DNA of 61,047 nucleotides, filler included. It is 9 parts of 9 records of this genome, joined end to end, with 100 filler letters (N's around TTAATTAATTAA, not from the genome) between each part and the next. Parts side by side here need not be neighbours in the genome. Positions count along the whole stretch, not along the records: positions 26,464 to 34,034 come from SRR31156797_56353; positions 34,135 to 39,623 come from SRR31156797_56455; positions 39,724 to 49,217 come from SRR31156797_56458; 6 more parts are not named here. The stretch is one strand, 5' to 3'. Every line of letters starts with the position of its first letter. Position 1 is the stretch's first letter. The position numbers and the translations under genes were made by a program. Of the stretch, positions 31,541-42,133 are shown piece after piece. A model generated the notes under the pieces. It was given only the letters and a program-made list of their open reading frames with translations, searched no databases and was not told where the DNA came from.

Positions 31541-32575
31541 TTACCAGGGTTTTCTGACTTTGGTGCCGGCAAAATTGCCGTCCCAGCAAGCGTCTACGCT
31601 TTTGTAGATCTTTTTCGGTTTAAACTCATCAACGCCTTTGGTCGCCACATAGGAAACGCCGATAACGGAAAGGGCCGGGAGATTTGCTTTGGCTTCCTGC
31701 ACGGTCTTGAATCCCATGGCCGCTTCCATTGCCTTTGCGGCAGCGGTTCCCTGTACAACGGGCTCGATGCCCACAACGGCGGTGGCCGGGCAACCGGGTT
31801 TGTGCATCTGGGCCAGAAGGGCTGCTTCCTGATCGATGCTGATGATGGAAACCTGTTTTTCTTTCTTCATTTCCCTGATGGCCTTGATGGCCCCCACGGC
31901 GGGCAGCCCCCAAGTGGTGGCCACGCCTTTCAGATCCGGATGGGCCCGAAGGGTCGCCTTGGTGATCTTATAGGCGTTGTTGACAGGATCCGCCGGGTTC
32001 ACCTCATGGTATTCGCCGATCATTTTGATTTCCGGGAACCATTTCAAAACTTCACCATAGGCTCTTTTTCGAACTTCAAGGGTATGCCATCCGGCCGCAT
32101 CCATACCGATATATTTTCCGGAACCCCGCATCTGATTGACCAGCCATACCGCCAGGTTGGTGCTGCCCTGCCAGCTGTCTTCAACGGAGTTATGCACGGC
32201 GTAGGGCAGGAACATGATGACCGTCACCACCGGGATATTGGCGTCCCAGGCCTTTTTGGAGACGTCCAGAAAGGCGTCCCCTTCTCCGCCCTTGATAACG
32301 ATCCCGTCAACGCCCATGGAGATGAAATTTTCCACATCGGCTTTTTGCTGACCCGTTTTCCCTTGAGCATTGGTGCTGATGACCTTGCACCCCTTCTTTT
32401 CAAGGTAATCGATGATGGTCTGGTTGCATCTGGCATTCCAGTCATTTCCCAGCCAGAGGTTGGATACGCCCACGACTTTTTGCTTGGCCAAAACGGGCGC
32501 TGCAAAACAGAATGTAAGGGCAAGAACCGCAAGTAGCAAAAGGATTGGCAGACTCTTCAAACTCTTTTTTCCCAT
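31541..32575 (-). CDS. Sugar ABC transporter periplasmic binding protein (Peripla_BP_4)
   Basis: Signal peptide; QQKADVENFISMGVDGIV, ANIPVVT, LRAHPDLKGV. Confidence 0.88.
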   Translation of the reverse strand: MGKKSLKSLPILLLLAVLALTFCFAAPVLAKQKVVGVSNLWLGNDWNARCNQTIIDYLEKKGCKVISTNAQGKTGQQKADVENFISMGVDGIVIKGGEGDAFLDVSKKAWDANIPVVTVIMFLPYAVHNSVEDSWQGSTNLAVWLVNQMRGSGKYIGMDAAGWHTLEVRKRAYGEVLKWFPEIKMIGEYHEVNPADPVNNAYKITKATLRAHPDLKGVATTWGLPAVGAIKAIREMKKEKQVSIISIDQEAALLAQMHKPGCPATAVVGIEPVVQGTAAAKAMEAAMGFKTVQEAKANLPALSVIGVSYVATKGVDEFKPKKIYKSVDACWDGNFAGTKVRKPW

Positions 32576-33086
32576 GATAATACCTCCGAAGTTGTTTTGG
32601 TTGATAATGCTTGTCCTTTTAAATACGACCCGATGTGACAACCACCTCCTTTCTTTTGGAGGATGACGGCGTTGTGATCAACGCCATATAATTTGGATAC
32701 GGAACGTTGTCCAAGGAAACATAGACTAAAAGGCTTAGAGGTCTAATGAACTTACCACTTAATATTTCTAATGGCGTTTCTTGTCAAGGACTATTTTGGA
32801 CTTCAAGAAAAAGCCGAAGGGTCTGGGAGAGACACCCTCTTTTTTTTGTGCCCGGATGACCTGTCCATTGGGTCCTTAAATCTTGACACGTAAGGGTAAA
32901 TGGTTGTATACATAGCTGTTTCATCAAAAAATCGACGCCCTGTCACCCGTATGCCAATCAATGGGGGCCTCTTTTTTTGCCCCGGGGTCGGTTTGATTTT
33001 TTTATTGACAACCCAACTTTTCCTATTGTAATACCTTTCTTGGAGATGCTTAGGGGTAGGACCAATAGATGGCTCATGAGGATTCC

Positions 33087-33809
33087 ATGGATACTTTATA
33101 CTCGCCAATCAAGCCAAAACGAATTTCGGAAGAGATCGTTGAACAGATCAAAACCCTCATTTTCCAAGGCAGCCTGAAGCCCGGCGAAAGCCTGCCGCCG
33201 GAAAGAGAATTGTCCAAATCGTTGAATGTCAGCAGGGTTTCTCTCAGGGAGGCCTTGAATACCCTCCAGGGGATGGGCTTGCTGGAGATCCAGCAGGGCA
33301 ACAGAACCTGTGTGCGGCCCATCACCACCCGATCCATCCACGACCCATTGGTTTCATTTGCCAAGAACTCCCCCGGCAATATCTTAAAGGTGTTCGAGAT
33401 TAGAAAATATCTGGAGGTCGGTTCCGTGGCACTGGCCGCCGAGCGGGCGACCCTCCAGGAGATTGAGCAGTTGGAAAATACTCTGAAGGAAATGGAGGAG
33501 GACCTTCGGAAAAACCGACTGGGCGCCAAGGCCGATCTCGATTTTCACGCCCTGTTGGCGGAAGCCACCCACAACCCCGCCTATGTCCATTTGATGAATA
33601 CCATTTTCGACCTTTTGCAAGAGGAACTTCGCATTGCGTGGGGCGGTATTTTCAAAAAGAAAGACGAACGGAACAAACTTTTTCAGCAGCATAAGAATAT
33701 TTTAAAGGCGGTAAAGGCACGAGACCCTGAAAAAGGCAGGGAAGAAGCCTTAATCCATTTGCGGTTTGTGGAAGAGAGATGGGAAAAGGCATTGGCCCAA
33801 TCCTTGTAA
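33087..33809 (+). CDS. GntR/FadR family regulator (LldR/PdhR-like)
   Basis: LKPGESLPPERELSKSLNVSRVSLREAL plus FCD domain (DLDFH, THN); divergent from the ABC operon. Confidence 0.92.
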   Translation: MDTLYSPIKPKRISEEIVEQIKTLIFQGSLKPGESLPPERELSKSLNVSRVSLREALNTLQGMGLLEIQQGNRTCVRPITTRSIHDPLVSFAKNSPGNILKVFEIRKYLEVGSVALAAERATLQEIEQLENTLKEMEEDLRKNRLGAKADLDFHALLAEATHNPAYVHLMNTIFDLLQEELRIAWGGIFKKKDERNKLFQQHKNILKAVKARDPEKGREEALIHLRFVEERWEKALAQSL

Positions 33810-33960
33810 GCCCATCTGCAACCACTGTCATGCCAAATTTATAAAAGCATTCAGGAAAGCGATCTTTCCAAAGAGAGTCGCAAGGACCCATATGAAAAAT
33901 GGTCAATGGGGCTTTTCACGGATCGCAATCGAAATCAATAATTTTATAGGTGGTGAAAGA

Positions 33961-34034
33961 ATGGCTGACGTGAAGATCACAATCGATGGTGAGAAAATGA
34001 GCGTCCCGGAGGGGATGACCATCCTGGAAGCGGC
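33961..34034 (+). CDS. 2Fe-2S (Fer2_4) N-terminus of a hydrogenase/FDH/NuoG-like subunit (fragment)
   Basis: MADVKITIDGEKMSVPEGMTILEA. Confidence 0.7.
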
Positions 34035-34134
34035 NNNNNNNNNNNNNNNNNNNNNNNNNNNNNNNNNNNNNNNNNNNNTTAATTAATTAANNNNNNNNNN
34101 NNNNNNNNNNNNNNNNNNNNNNNNNNNNNNNNNN
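34035..34134. other. Artificial contig linker
   Basis: N-run with TTAATTAATTAA. Confidence 0.98.
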
Positions 34135-34341
34135 CGATGTCCCTTCAGAGAAGTCGCCCCATTGAAGAGGGGAGGCTCTTTTGCCAGCCCAGCATTGCGG
34201 ATGACGGTTCGGATACTTACTCCTTAGAATAGATGATAGACAAATTGCTGTGATGGGGGTCACACTTCGAAAACGGAAAATTGAGGCATCGGTTGAATGA
34301 GGGCGCAAAGATTGCCACCCTCATGAAGAGCATCAAACGCA

Positions 34342-34719
34342 TTGATCGTTTCGAGATTTTTAACAAGAAAAAAAACAGAAGAGATGAACTATGGGATGAT
34401 CGGTACTGTCTTGCCGCTCAGCCTCTACCCTGAAGGATACAACGCTTCACCCGGAACGCCACTGCCCTTTGCGAACATCGCTCCCCAAAAAAATTACATC
34501 TCCCTTTATCACCTGGGGATCCACGCAGATCCGAGACTGCAAAAATGGTTTCGGGACGAATATCCGCTTCACAGCAAATTGAAGCTGGACATGGGAAAAA
34601 GTTGTATCCGTTTCAAAAAGGCAGACCCAATTCCATTGGTTCTTATCGGAAGGTTGATGCAGAAAGTTTCGGTAAAAGATTGGATAAGGCTGTCTGGGGA
34701 GGAACGAAAAAAGGGCTGA
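34342..34719 (+). pseudogene. DUF1801 (YdhG-like) protein, apparently N-terminally truncated
   Basis: YGMIG..P.SLYP.GY....PLPF...A.QKNYISLY...KLDMGKSCIRFKK; the usual N-terminal helices and a good start/RBS are missing. Confidence 0.55.
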
Positions 34720-34752
34720 ATCGGTTTTTGGGATCGCTCCTGCATGGAACTG

Positions 34753-35373
34753 TCAGCGTTCGAATTGAACCTCTATCTGGTTCAGGTTTTCCGGATCAAA
34801 ATTCTCTATGCCGCGTGTCCTTTCCAGAAAATCTTCTATCGAGCGAACCGCTCCGTTATAGGTCTCCATCACCGACGCCAGTCTGGTTACCATCGGATCC
34901 TCTTCGCCCAGCTTATCGACCACCTCTTCCAATAGCTGAATGCCGCCTTTGTAGTGACGTTGGATACCGGAAAAAGCGGCTTTGCGCATTTCATATTTTT
35001 TTTGCTCATTGTCGATGACAGGCAGTAAACGTCTTACAGAAAATTCAACCAATGCATCGCGGGGTGCGTTGAATGCCCTTGAAATTTCATCCAACAAGGA
35101 GAGAGATTGCCTGCTGATCACATAGGTTTTTTGTACCCGGTTTTCCGCTTTCACCCTTGCATTTTGTACTTCTCTGGCAATGGCATTGAGAAAGTCGCTG
35201 TCCTGGGCAAGGTGGTCGAAGAGAGACTTCTGTTTGATCCCCAACTGTGCGGCGACGATGCTGATCGCTTCAATGCAGCCGGAGGATAGTTTGAAGGTTG
35301 CCCGCACAGACTGCTTGCCGCGAAGTCCTGAACTGGTGATGAAAGCCATGGCGCTGGAATTTTTATTTTTCAT
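34753..35373 (-). CDS. Hypothetical protein with two putative ribbon-helix-helix units
   Basis: RBS AGGAGG; SVRATFKLS-helix-helix and VQKTYVIS-helix-helix repeats. Confidence 0.6.
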   Translation of the reverse strand: MKNKNSSAMAFITSSGLRGKQSVRATFKLSSGCIEAISIVAAQLGIKQKSLFDHLAQDSDFLNAIAREVQNARVKAENRVQKTYVISRQSLSLLDEISRAFNAPRDALVEFSVRRLLPVIDNEQKKYEMRKAAFSGIQRHYKGGIQLLEEVVDKLGEEDPMVTRLASVMETYNGAVRSIEDFLERTRGIENFDPENLNQIEVQFER

Positions 35374-35536
35374 AGAATAGCGACCTCCTGTCGATACATT
35401 CCAATCAATATTACTAAATAATAGTATATAAAAAAAATAATGCAATAAAAAAGTGATTGTGGATTGATCTTGGAAAATGAAAAATTGAACGAACCTGGCT
35501 CTCTTACGAATCGCCGGTTGTCAGGAACAAGGACGC

Positions 35537-36721
35537 TCAACCCCGATCATTTTTTTCTTGTGGTGTCAAAGATCCCCGATGAACGGCAGAACGGCCGAAC
35601 CGTTCTGCGATTCGATCTACGGTCCGATCGATTTTTTCCCATCCTTTAACTTTCTTATTGACCGTTTCCATTCCTGCGAACAGCCCCTCTTGCTGGGGGG
35701 TGGAGTCTCGAATCAAAGCCGATGCGCCGACACCGATCAACCGAACTGCCTTCCCCAGATGGTTTTTTTCTAAAAGATCGTTGGCCATACGAAACAGCAT
35801 TTCAGAAGATTGGGTAGGACGGTCCAGGGTGACACTTCTGGTCATTTGCTTAAAGTCCGCGTCCTTCAACTTCAGGGTAACGGTGCGGGTCAGAAACCCT
35901 TGCCTGCGCAATTGACGCCCCACCTCCTGGCTCTGGGAGAGGATGTGGTTTTTCAATGCTTCACGATCCAGGGTGTCCTCTTTCAGCGTTCTTTCCGTTG
36001 AGATCGATTTGGTGGGCGAATGGGGAACCACGCGGGTTGCGTCACGACCATGGGCCAGGTCCATCAACCGATGACCGAATTTTCCCAGGCGGTGTGTCAG
36101 AAGGTTCCGATCCATTTTTTTTACGTCTCCCAATGTTGAAATACCCATCTTTTTAAGTTGGTTATAGGCGATCTTGCCTACGCCCTGCACTTTTTTTACG
36201 GGAAGCGTCGCAATAAAATTTTCCATCCTTTTTTCGGAAATAATGGTGAGCCCGTCAGGTTTATTCAGATCCGACGCTATTTTGGAAAGAAACTTAAGGG
36301 GTGCGACACCAATGGAACAGGTGAGACCCACCTTCTCCTTTATTTCCGATTTGATGGCTTGGGCCATGGTTTCAGGGGGGCCGAGGAGTCGTTCACAACC
36401 GAAAGCATCCAGGTATGCTTCATCAATGGAAACCTGCTCCACAATGGGTGAATAGCCGCGTAGAATATCCATGATCGATCGGGAAACTTCACCGTACCGC
36501 CCCTTACGCGAAGCGACGATGACCAGATCGCGACAACGCTGTTTTGCCATGAAGATGGGCATGGCACTGTGAATTCCGTATCTCCGGGCTTCATAGCTTG
36601 CGGCCGCGACCACCCCTCGTCCGGAGTCACCACCTACAACCAGGGGTTTTCCCTTCAACGCTGGCCGATCTTTTTGCTCAACCGATGCAAAGAATGCATC
36701 CATGTCAATATGCAGGATCAT
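35537..36721 (-). CDS. dinB: DNA polymerase IV
   Basis: ILHIDMDAFFASVEQ, AASYEAR, SIDEAYLD, KIASDLNKPDG, VRLIGV. Confidence 0.96.
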   Translation of the reverse strand: MILHIDMDAFFASVEQKDRPALKGKPLVVGGDSGRGVVAAASYEARRYGIHSAMPIFMAKQRCRDLVIVASRKGRYGEVSRSIMDILRGYSPIVEQVSIDEAYLDAFGCERLLGPPETMAQAIKSEIKEKVGLTCSIGVAPLKFLSKIASDLNKPDGLTIISEKRMENFIATLPVKKVQGVGKIAYNQLKKMGISTLGDVKKMDRNLLTHRLGKFGHRLMDLAHGRDATRVVPHSPTKSISTERTLKEDTLDREALKNHILSQSQEVGRQLRRQGFLTRTVTLKLKDADFKQMTRSVTLDRPTQSSEMLFRMANDLLEKNHLGKAVRLIGVGASALIRDSTPQQEGLFAGMETVNKKVKGWEKIDRTVDRIAERFGRSAVHRGSLTPQEKNDRG

Positions 36722-36843
36722 TAAAAACAACCTTGTTGAGAAATGTGATGATATACTTCTATCAGGCCTTGCCATAGGTTACAAAAATGTTGTAAAAGAG
36801 GTTTCGATTTACATATTATGTATGGAAAGGTGCTGATTAAAAA

Positions 36844-38367
36844 ATGAAAGCCATTGAACAGGTCACTCTCTTTTACGAAATATCAAATGCTCTAAACGAG
36901 CACTTGGATTTAAAGAAATCCATGTACAAAGCGCTCGATATATTGTCCAATTCCATGCAAATGGAGCGTGGAACGATCTCAATTTTGAATCCTTTGAGAA
37001 ATGAAATCAATATCGAAGTGGCACACAGCCTTTCAAAAAGTGCCATGGAGAGAGTGAAATACAAATTGGGGGAGGGGATTATCGGAAGGGTGATTCAAAC
37101 CGGCGAAGCCGTTGCCATTCCCAAAATCAGTGAAGAACCCCTGTTTCTCAACCGGACGGCCTCCCGCCGTATCAAGGGGATGGGAGAGATCTCCTTTATC
37201 TGCGTTCCCGTACAGAAGGGAACGCGGGTTGTCGGCGCCCTCAGTGTAGATAGATCATACGACCCGGGTTATTCCTTGGAAGAGGGGACAAAGCTGCTTT
37301 CCGTTGTCGCCACCATGCTGGCGCGCCATGCCATCAACCTGGAAACCATCCATCTGGAAAAAGAGGCCCTTCGAGACGAGAACAAACGTTTGCGGGATGA
37401 ACTGCAGAATAAATACCGGATCAATAACATTATCGGTAACAGCAACAAGATGCGGGAAGTGTTTCAAATGATCAGCCAGGTCTCGCGTTCCAATGCAACC
37501 GTGTTGATCCGGGGGGAGAGCGGCACCGGCAAAGAGTTGGTGGCAAACTCCATCCACTATAATTCCAAACGTTCAAAAATGCCTTTTGTAAAGGTAAACT
37601 GCGCCGCGATCCCCAATAATCTGATTGAGAGTGAATTGTTCGGTCATGAAAAGGGAGCTTTTACCGGGGCGGTGAAACAAAAACCCGGGCGTTTTGAATT
37701 GGCACACAAAGGAACGATTTTTCTGGACGAAATCGGCAGCATCGAACCGGATGTACAGGTCCGTTTGCTTCGGGTGTTGCAGGAAAGGGAGTTCGAACGG
37801 GTCGGCGGACACAAGACGATCAAAGTTGATGTTCGGATCATCGCCGCCACCAACAAGAATCTGGAGCAGGCCGTAGAGGAGGATACATTTCGTGGAGACC
37901 TCTATTATCGTCTGAATGTCTTTCCCATTTATATGCCGCCCCTCAGGGAAAGAAAAACGGATATCCTTTTATTGGCCGACTTTTTTTTGGAACGCTACGC
38001 CGACGAGAACGGCCGTGAGGTGAAGCGTCTCTCGACACCCGCAATCGATATGATCATGGGATATCATTGGCCCGGTAATGTTCGGGAACTGGAAAATTGT
38101 ATCGAACGGGCGGTTTTGCTTTGCGAGGAAGGAGCCATCCACAGCTATCATTTGCCACCAACGCTGCAAACGGGAAAGGAGAGCGGAACCCTTCCGGACC
38201 TGTCATTGGAGGATGCTGTCGCTGCATTGGAAAAAGAGATGATTATCGATGCGTTGAAAAACACCCGGGGGAACATCACAATGGCTGCCGATATCCTTAA
38301 AACAACGGTTCGCAAGTTTGCTTACAAAGCCAAAAAGTACGGGGTGGATTATCGGAACTACAGGTGA
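36844..38367 (+). CDS. NifA-like sigma54-dependent activator (GAF-AAA+-Fis HTH)
   Basis: GAF domain, [25 protein letters not shown]-terminal HTH; no nif genes nearby. Confidence 0.92.
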   Translation: MKAIEQVTLFYEISNALNEHLDLKKSMYKALDILSNSMQMERGTISILNPLRNEINIEVAHSLSKSAMERVKYKLGEGIIGRVIQTGEAVAIPKISEEPLFLNRTASRRIKGMGEISFICVPVQKGTRVVGALSVDRSYDPGYSLEEGTKLLSVVATMLARHAINLETIHLEKEALRDENKRLRDELQNKYRINNIIGNSNKMREVFQMISQVSRSNATVLIRGESGTGKELVANSIHYNSKRSKMPFVKVNCAAIPNNLIESELFGHEKGAFTGAVKQKPGRFELAHKGTIFLDEIGSIEPDVQVRLLRVLQEREFERVGGHKTIKVDVRIIAATNKNLEQAVEEDTFRGDLYYRLNVFPIYMPPLRERKTDILLLADFFLERYADENGREVKRLSTPAIDMIMGYHWPGNVRELENCIERAVLLCEEGAIHSYHLPPTLQTGKESGTLPDLSLEDAVAALEKEMIIDALKNTRGNITMAADILKTTVRKFAYKAKKYGVDYRNYR

Positions 38368-38416
38368 GGGAAGCCGTGGATCAACCAAATTGTCTGAAAG
38401 GCCGGTAGGTTGATTC

Positions 38417-38959
38417 CTACCCTTGGATTTGGCCGATACGTCCCGCTTCATTCCGAATGGCTTCGGCAAGGCTTCGTGTAATCGGACCCTTTTGGGCGCG
38501 GATCTGACCGAACCCTTCTTTTTGGTCGACCAGCCACGTAACATAGATCTTTTCGAGCTGCTCCCTCGCTCGGGACATGGCCGTTGATAACCGAGTACGT
38601 GCACCGCCGAGGTCCTCAATCCGCGGGGAAACAATTCCTTTTTGCTTGGGAAATTGTTTTCCGATTTTCTTTAGGCGGTCCAGTTCCTTATCTACGGCCA
38701 CCAGCATATCGTCGATTGTTACCATATTTTGGTACAGTGCTGGCGAGACCGTGTCGTGACCGAACCGGATCAGCTCATTTTTCATTTTAATGGTCGCAAA
38801 CTTTGTCTTTATCGGAGGTTTTTTTAACCATTTATTGTATGCTGCATATCCCCCCCCTGCAGCGATGGCCATAAAGATAAAAACAAACAGGATAATCAGC
38901 AAGGCTCCGCCATTGGAGTTGCGGAGCGGTTGCATTGTGCGGTAACGTTTTTGTGTCAT
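38417..38959 (-). CDS. Hypothetical single-TM helical protein
   Basis: One N-terminal hydrophobic helix followed by a coiled-coil-like region. Confidence 0.6.
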   Translation of the reverse strand: MTQKRYRTMQPLRNSNGGALLIILFVFIFMAIAAGGGYAAYNKWLKKPPIKTKFATIKMKNELIRFGHDTVSPALYQNMVTIDDMLVAVDKELDRLKKIGKQFPKQKGIVSPRIEDLGGARTRLSTAMSRAREQLEKIYVTWLVDQKEGFGQIRAQKGPITRSLAEAIRNEAGRIGQIQG

Positions 38960-39129
38960 GATGTTTGGTTTTTTCGAGATTTTTCCACCCGTTTTAATTA
39001 GAAATCAGTACGTGTACGAACCTTTCATTTTCATAACTTTTATCGGCAGATGTTGGCTTGCCTGTATGTATAAATTGGAAAGTATTGTTATTTGACTGTA
39101 ATTATTGAAACATTAGAGGAGTATGAAGA

Positions 39130-39623
39130 ATGCGAACAGCCTTAACGATAGCCGGTTCCGACTCATCGGGAGGTGCCGGTATCCAGGCGGATATGAAAAC
39201 CTTTCAGGCCCTTGGTGTATTCGGAATGAGCGCCGTGACGGCCGTCACCGTGCAGAATACCCAAAAGGTGTATGATATTCAGGAGATAGCGCCCCATATC
39301 GTTGCCGGGCAGATTGCCTGTATCTTCGAGGATATACCCGTCCATGCCGTCAAAATAGGGATGGTCGCCAGTGTGGATTTGATCGAGGCCATTGCTGATT
39401 CTCTCCAGAAGATCGAAAGACGTCCTCCCGTTGTTCTGGATCCCGTGATGATTTCCAAGAGCGGATATGCATTGCTTGCATCCGATGCCAGGGATGCGCT
39501 TGTTCGGAACCTTTTCCCGTTGGCCACGGTGGTGACGCCGAACCTGCCTGAGGCTGAAGCATTGCTCGGAAGGCAAATCAAAAGCAGAGAGGATATGAAA
39601 TTTGCTGCCGAGGAGATCGCCGA
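39130..39623 (+). CDS. thiD: Hydroxymethylpyrimidine/phosphomethylpyrimidine kinase (3' truncated)
   Basis: LTIAGSDSSGGAGIQADMKT, KIGM, DPVM, TPNLPEA. Confidence 0.95.
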
Positions 39624-39723
39624 NNNNNNNNNNNNNNNNNNNNNNNNNNNNNNNNNNNNNNNNNNNNTTAATTAATTAANNNNNNNNNNNNNNNNNNNNN
39701 NNNNNNNNNNNNNNNNNNNNNNN
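39624..39723. other. Artificial contig linker
   Basis: N-run with TTAATTAATTAA. Confidence 0.98.
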
Positions 39724-39805
39724 CGGCTGCAAGTGAGGGACTTATCCGGTCAAAAGGGGTTAACTCCCTTTTATCATTATCAAATCAGACATCAAGAAAC
39801 AAGCA

Positions 39806-40570
39806 TCAATTAGATACTGTTTCCTCAAGTTTCTTCAATTCTTTTTTGGCTTCCTTTTTCCATACTTTCTGGCATTCCGGCCAATCGGCTTTATCACATG
39901 GAGCATCAATGGCCATCTGAACCAATTCCTTTGCTTCCTCAACGTTGCCTTCGTCCTTGAGGAGGTCGGCTATCCACAAATGGGTCAACCAGCTTGTTGA
40001 ACAGCATTTTAATGCCTTCCTATAGTAACTCATGGCCTTTTCGTTGCTGCCGCCCAAGGCGCCTGGCAGGCTGAAATAAACCCGGCCAAGAGTTCGATAT
40101 GCAGCCCCGGATTTAAAACAAGGAGAAATCCTGATGACTTCGGCCATTTCCTTCTTGATCGGTTCGATATAGGCCAGACTGTGCACGACGCCCTTGGCCT
40201 GGGCGTATAATCCCATAGTGACGCCGTACAGGTAATGTGCTTCCGCTGATTCCGGTGAAATTTCAACAGCTTTTTTCGCTGTTTCCATGGCTTCTTCATA
40301 AACATCGACATCAGGCCCGACAGGCAGGTTGATGCCGATCCAATAAAGAGCCCCGGCAAGTTTGAGCGCGCATTTTTCATTGTCAGGCTCAAGTTTAAAT
40401 GCCTGGCGGTATTTGTCCACGGCTTGGCGGGCTTTGCTCATATCCGTTCTTTTACTGAAAAGCCGGTCTCCCTGGACTAACAGGTCCGAAAACTCTTCTG
40501 AATGTGTAACTGCTGGATATATAAGTATTAATAATAAAACAACACCTAAATAAAATCTACTCTGCTTCAT
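39806..40570 (-). CDS. Secreted TPR protein (TRAP TatT-component/RMD-like)
   Basis: Signal peptide; AEAHYLYG..G.YAQAKG..SL, GAAYRTLGRVYFSLPG..GGSNEKA. Confidence 0.75.
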   Translation of the reverse strand: MKQSRFYLGVVLLLILIYPAVTHSEEFSDLLVQGDRLFSKRTDMSKARQAVDKYRQAFKLEPDNEKCALKLAGALYWIGINLPVGPDVDVYEEAMETAKKAVEISPESAEAHYLYGVTMGLYAQAKGVVHSLAYIEPIKKEMAEVIRISPCFKSGAAYRTLGRVYFSLPGALGGSNEKAMSYYRKALKCCSTSWLTHLWIADLLKDEGNVEEAKELVQMAIDAPCDKADWPECQKVWKKEAKKELKKLEETVSN

Positions 40571-40645
40571 TAGACCCCATATTTCACTGACTTTTATTTC
40601 GGCCGAATACTCCCATTAAATTTCGGTCGTTTAAGCGGTATATAA

Positions 40646-41401
40646 TTAGGACTTTTTTTCTATTTCACGCAAGAGTTTTCTCGCCCTTTTTTTCCACATT
40701 TTGCATTCAGGGCCGGCGAGTTCTTCGCAGGGGCTGCTTAAGGCGACCTCAAGTTCCGCCGCCGCTTCCTTGGTCAGGCCTTCATCCTGATAAACTTCGG
40801 CCAGGTATATGCGCGTCAGTTGCCGCTTGGGGCCGTGTTTTATCGCCTTTTTCAAATTCGAGATCGCTTTATCGTTGTCTCCCCCAAAAAATCCCGGCAG
40901 CTTAAAAAAAAGCCTGCCCAGAACCATGTAAGCCCCGCCGGAATCATAGGCCGGATTGATGGCGATAACGGCGTTCATTTCCCTTTTTATAGAATCCACC
41001 ATGCGCAAACTGGCCATGCTGCCCTGGGTGTTGGCCCACAAGCTCAAATTTACTCCATACCAATAATGGGATTCGGCTTTGTCCGGCGCCAGTTTGACGG
41101 CCTTTTCGCCAAAAGATGCGGCTTGTTTGAAAATTTCGTTCTGTTTGTTTTCAGGACTGTTGCGGCCCACCCAATAAAAGGCCCGGGCCAATCGGTAAAA
41201 AGCTTCAAATCGGTTCGGGTCAAATTGCGATGCTTTTGTATATACATCAATAGCTTGTCCGACCTTGGCCTGATCCTGCCTTTCAATGTAAATCCTATCG
41301 CCTTTTTTTATCAGATCCTCATATTCATCTGCCAGGGCTATCCCCGGCGCCTGGATCGCTAACAACAAAAAAACGATAAACAGAACTTTCAGTATTTTCA
41401 T
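40646..41401 (-). CDS. Secreted TPR protein, paralogue of 39806-40570
   Basis: AESHYWYG, GGAYMVLGRLFFKLPGFFGGDNDKA; shared C-terminal PC..PEC motif. Confidence 0.75.
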   Translation of the reverse strand: MKILKVLFIVFLLLAIQAPGIALADEYEDLIKKGDRIYIERQDQAKVGQAIDVYTKASQFDPNRFEAFYRLARAFYWVGRNSPENKQNEIFKQAASFGEKAVKLAPDKAESHYWYGVNLSLWANTQGSMASLRMVDSIKREMNAVIAINPAYDSGGAYMVLGRLFFKLPGFFGGDNDKAISNLKKAIKHGPKRQLTRIYLAEVYQDEGLTKEAAAELEVALSSPCEELAGPECKMWKKRARKLLREIEKKS

Positions 41402-41655
41402 GGTGTTCCATTCCTATATTATTCATGAGCCAGTATTCAGGGCGCGTCAGCCCATTCAATTCCTAGTTTTCAGGATAACAGTATTTACCTGATAGTCCAT
41501 GCCGGATAATAATCAAATATATGCGTATAAAACTTAAAAAGTGCAATTTGTTATTATTTTTTAGGGGAATTCTTTTTTCCCGGTTGACATTCCAGGCCGA
41601 TTAAAGCATTGAATGAGCAGAAGTAAATGACGGTCGAAAATAAAAGGAGAATGAA

Positions 41656-41973
41656 TTGGCCGAACTAAAAGGATACCAGAAAAAATATTTAAGAGGACTG
41701 GCCCATGGCGCCAATCCCAATGTCTATATCGGGCAAAAGGGGATTACGGACATGGTGGTCAAAGAGACTGATGAAGCCCTGGAAAGGCATGAGCTCATAA
41801 AAATCAAGTTTGTGGATTTAAAAGAGAAGTCCTCCAAAAAGGAATGCATCTCCATACTGGAGGAAAAAACCGGTTGTGAATTGGCCGGAATGGTGGGGCA
41901 TACCGCTGTTTTTTACCGCCCGCACCCTGATCCGGCCAAGAGGAAGGTTAAGGTCCCCAACAAGGAATCATAA
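41656..41973 (+). CDS. yhbY: Ribosome assembly RNA-binding protein YhbY (CRM domain)
   Basis: QKKYLRGLAH, IGQKG, LERHELIKIK, VGHTAVFYR. Confidence 0.93.
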   Translation: MAELKGYQKKYLRGLAHGANPNVYIGQKGITDMVVKETDEALERHELIKIKFVDLKEKSSKKECISILEEKTGCELAGMVGHTAVFYRPHPDPAKRKVKVPNKES

Positions 41974-42133
41974 TAAATCCTGCCCGGGCGGCCGCTCTCC
42001 ACGAACTTCCCCCTACACACTCACCGGTTAGGCTCTCAGAAACAGAATCAATCCGAAAACCAGTATTTGTAATCAGGCGCCTGCGTTCGAATTCGTTCAA
42101 CCTGATTACTGTTAACAATGCTGACTTTTGTGG

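Noticed and set aside
28961-32536. Plus-strand ORFs 28961-29971 and 31460-32536
   Set aside because: Antisense shadows of the ABC permease and binding-protein genes.
34247-34325. TGTGATGGGGGTCACA hairpin resembling the start of a fluoride riboswitch
   Set aside because: The downstream conserved CTRATGAC-pseudoknot segment is missing and no crcB-type gene follows.
36844-38367. Calling the activator nifA / nitrogen fixation
   Set aside because: The GAF-AAA-HTH architecture is generic and no nif genes are on the contig.
38960-39129. Possible TPP riboswitch upstream of thiD
   Set aside because: No CTGAGA or CCTGA..GATAATGC-type consensus found.
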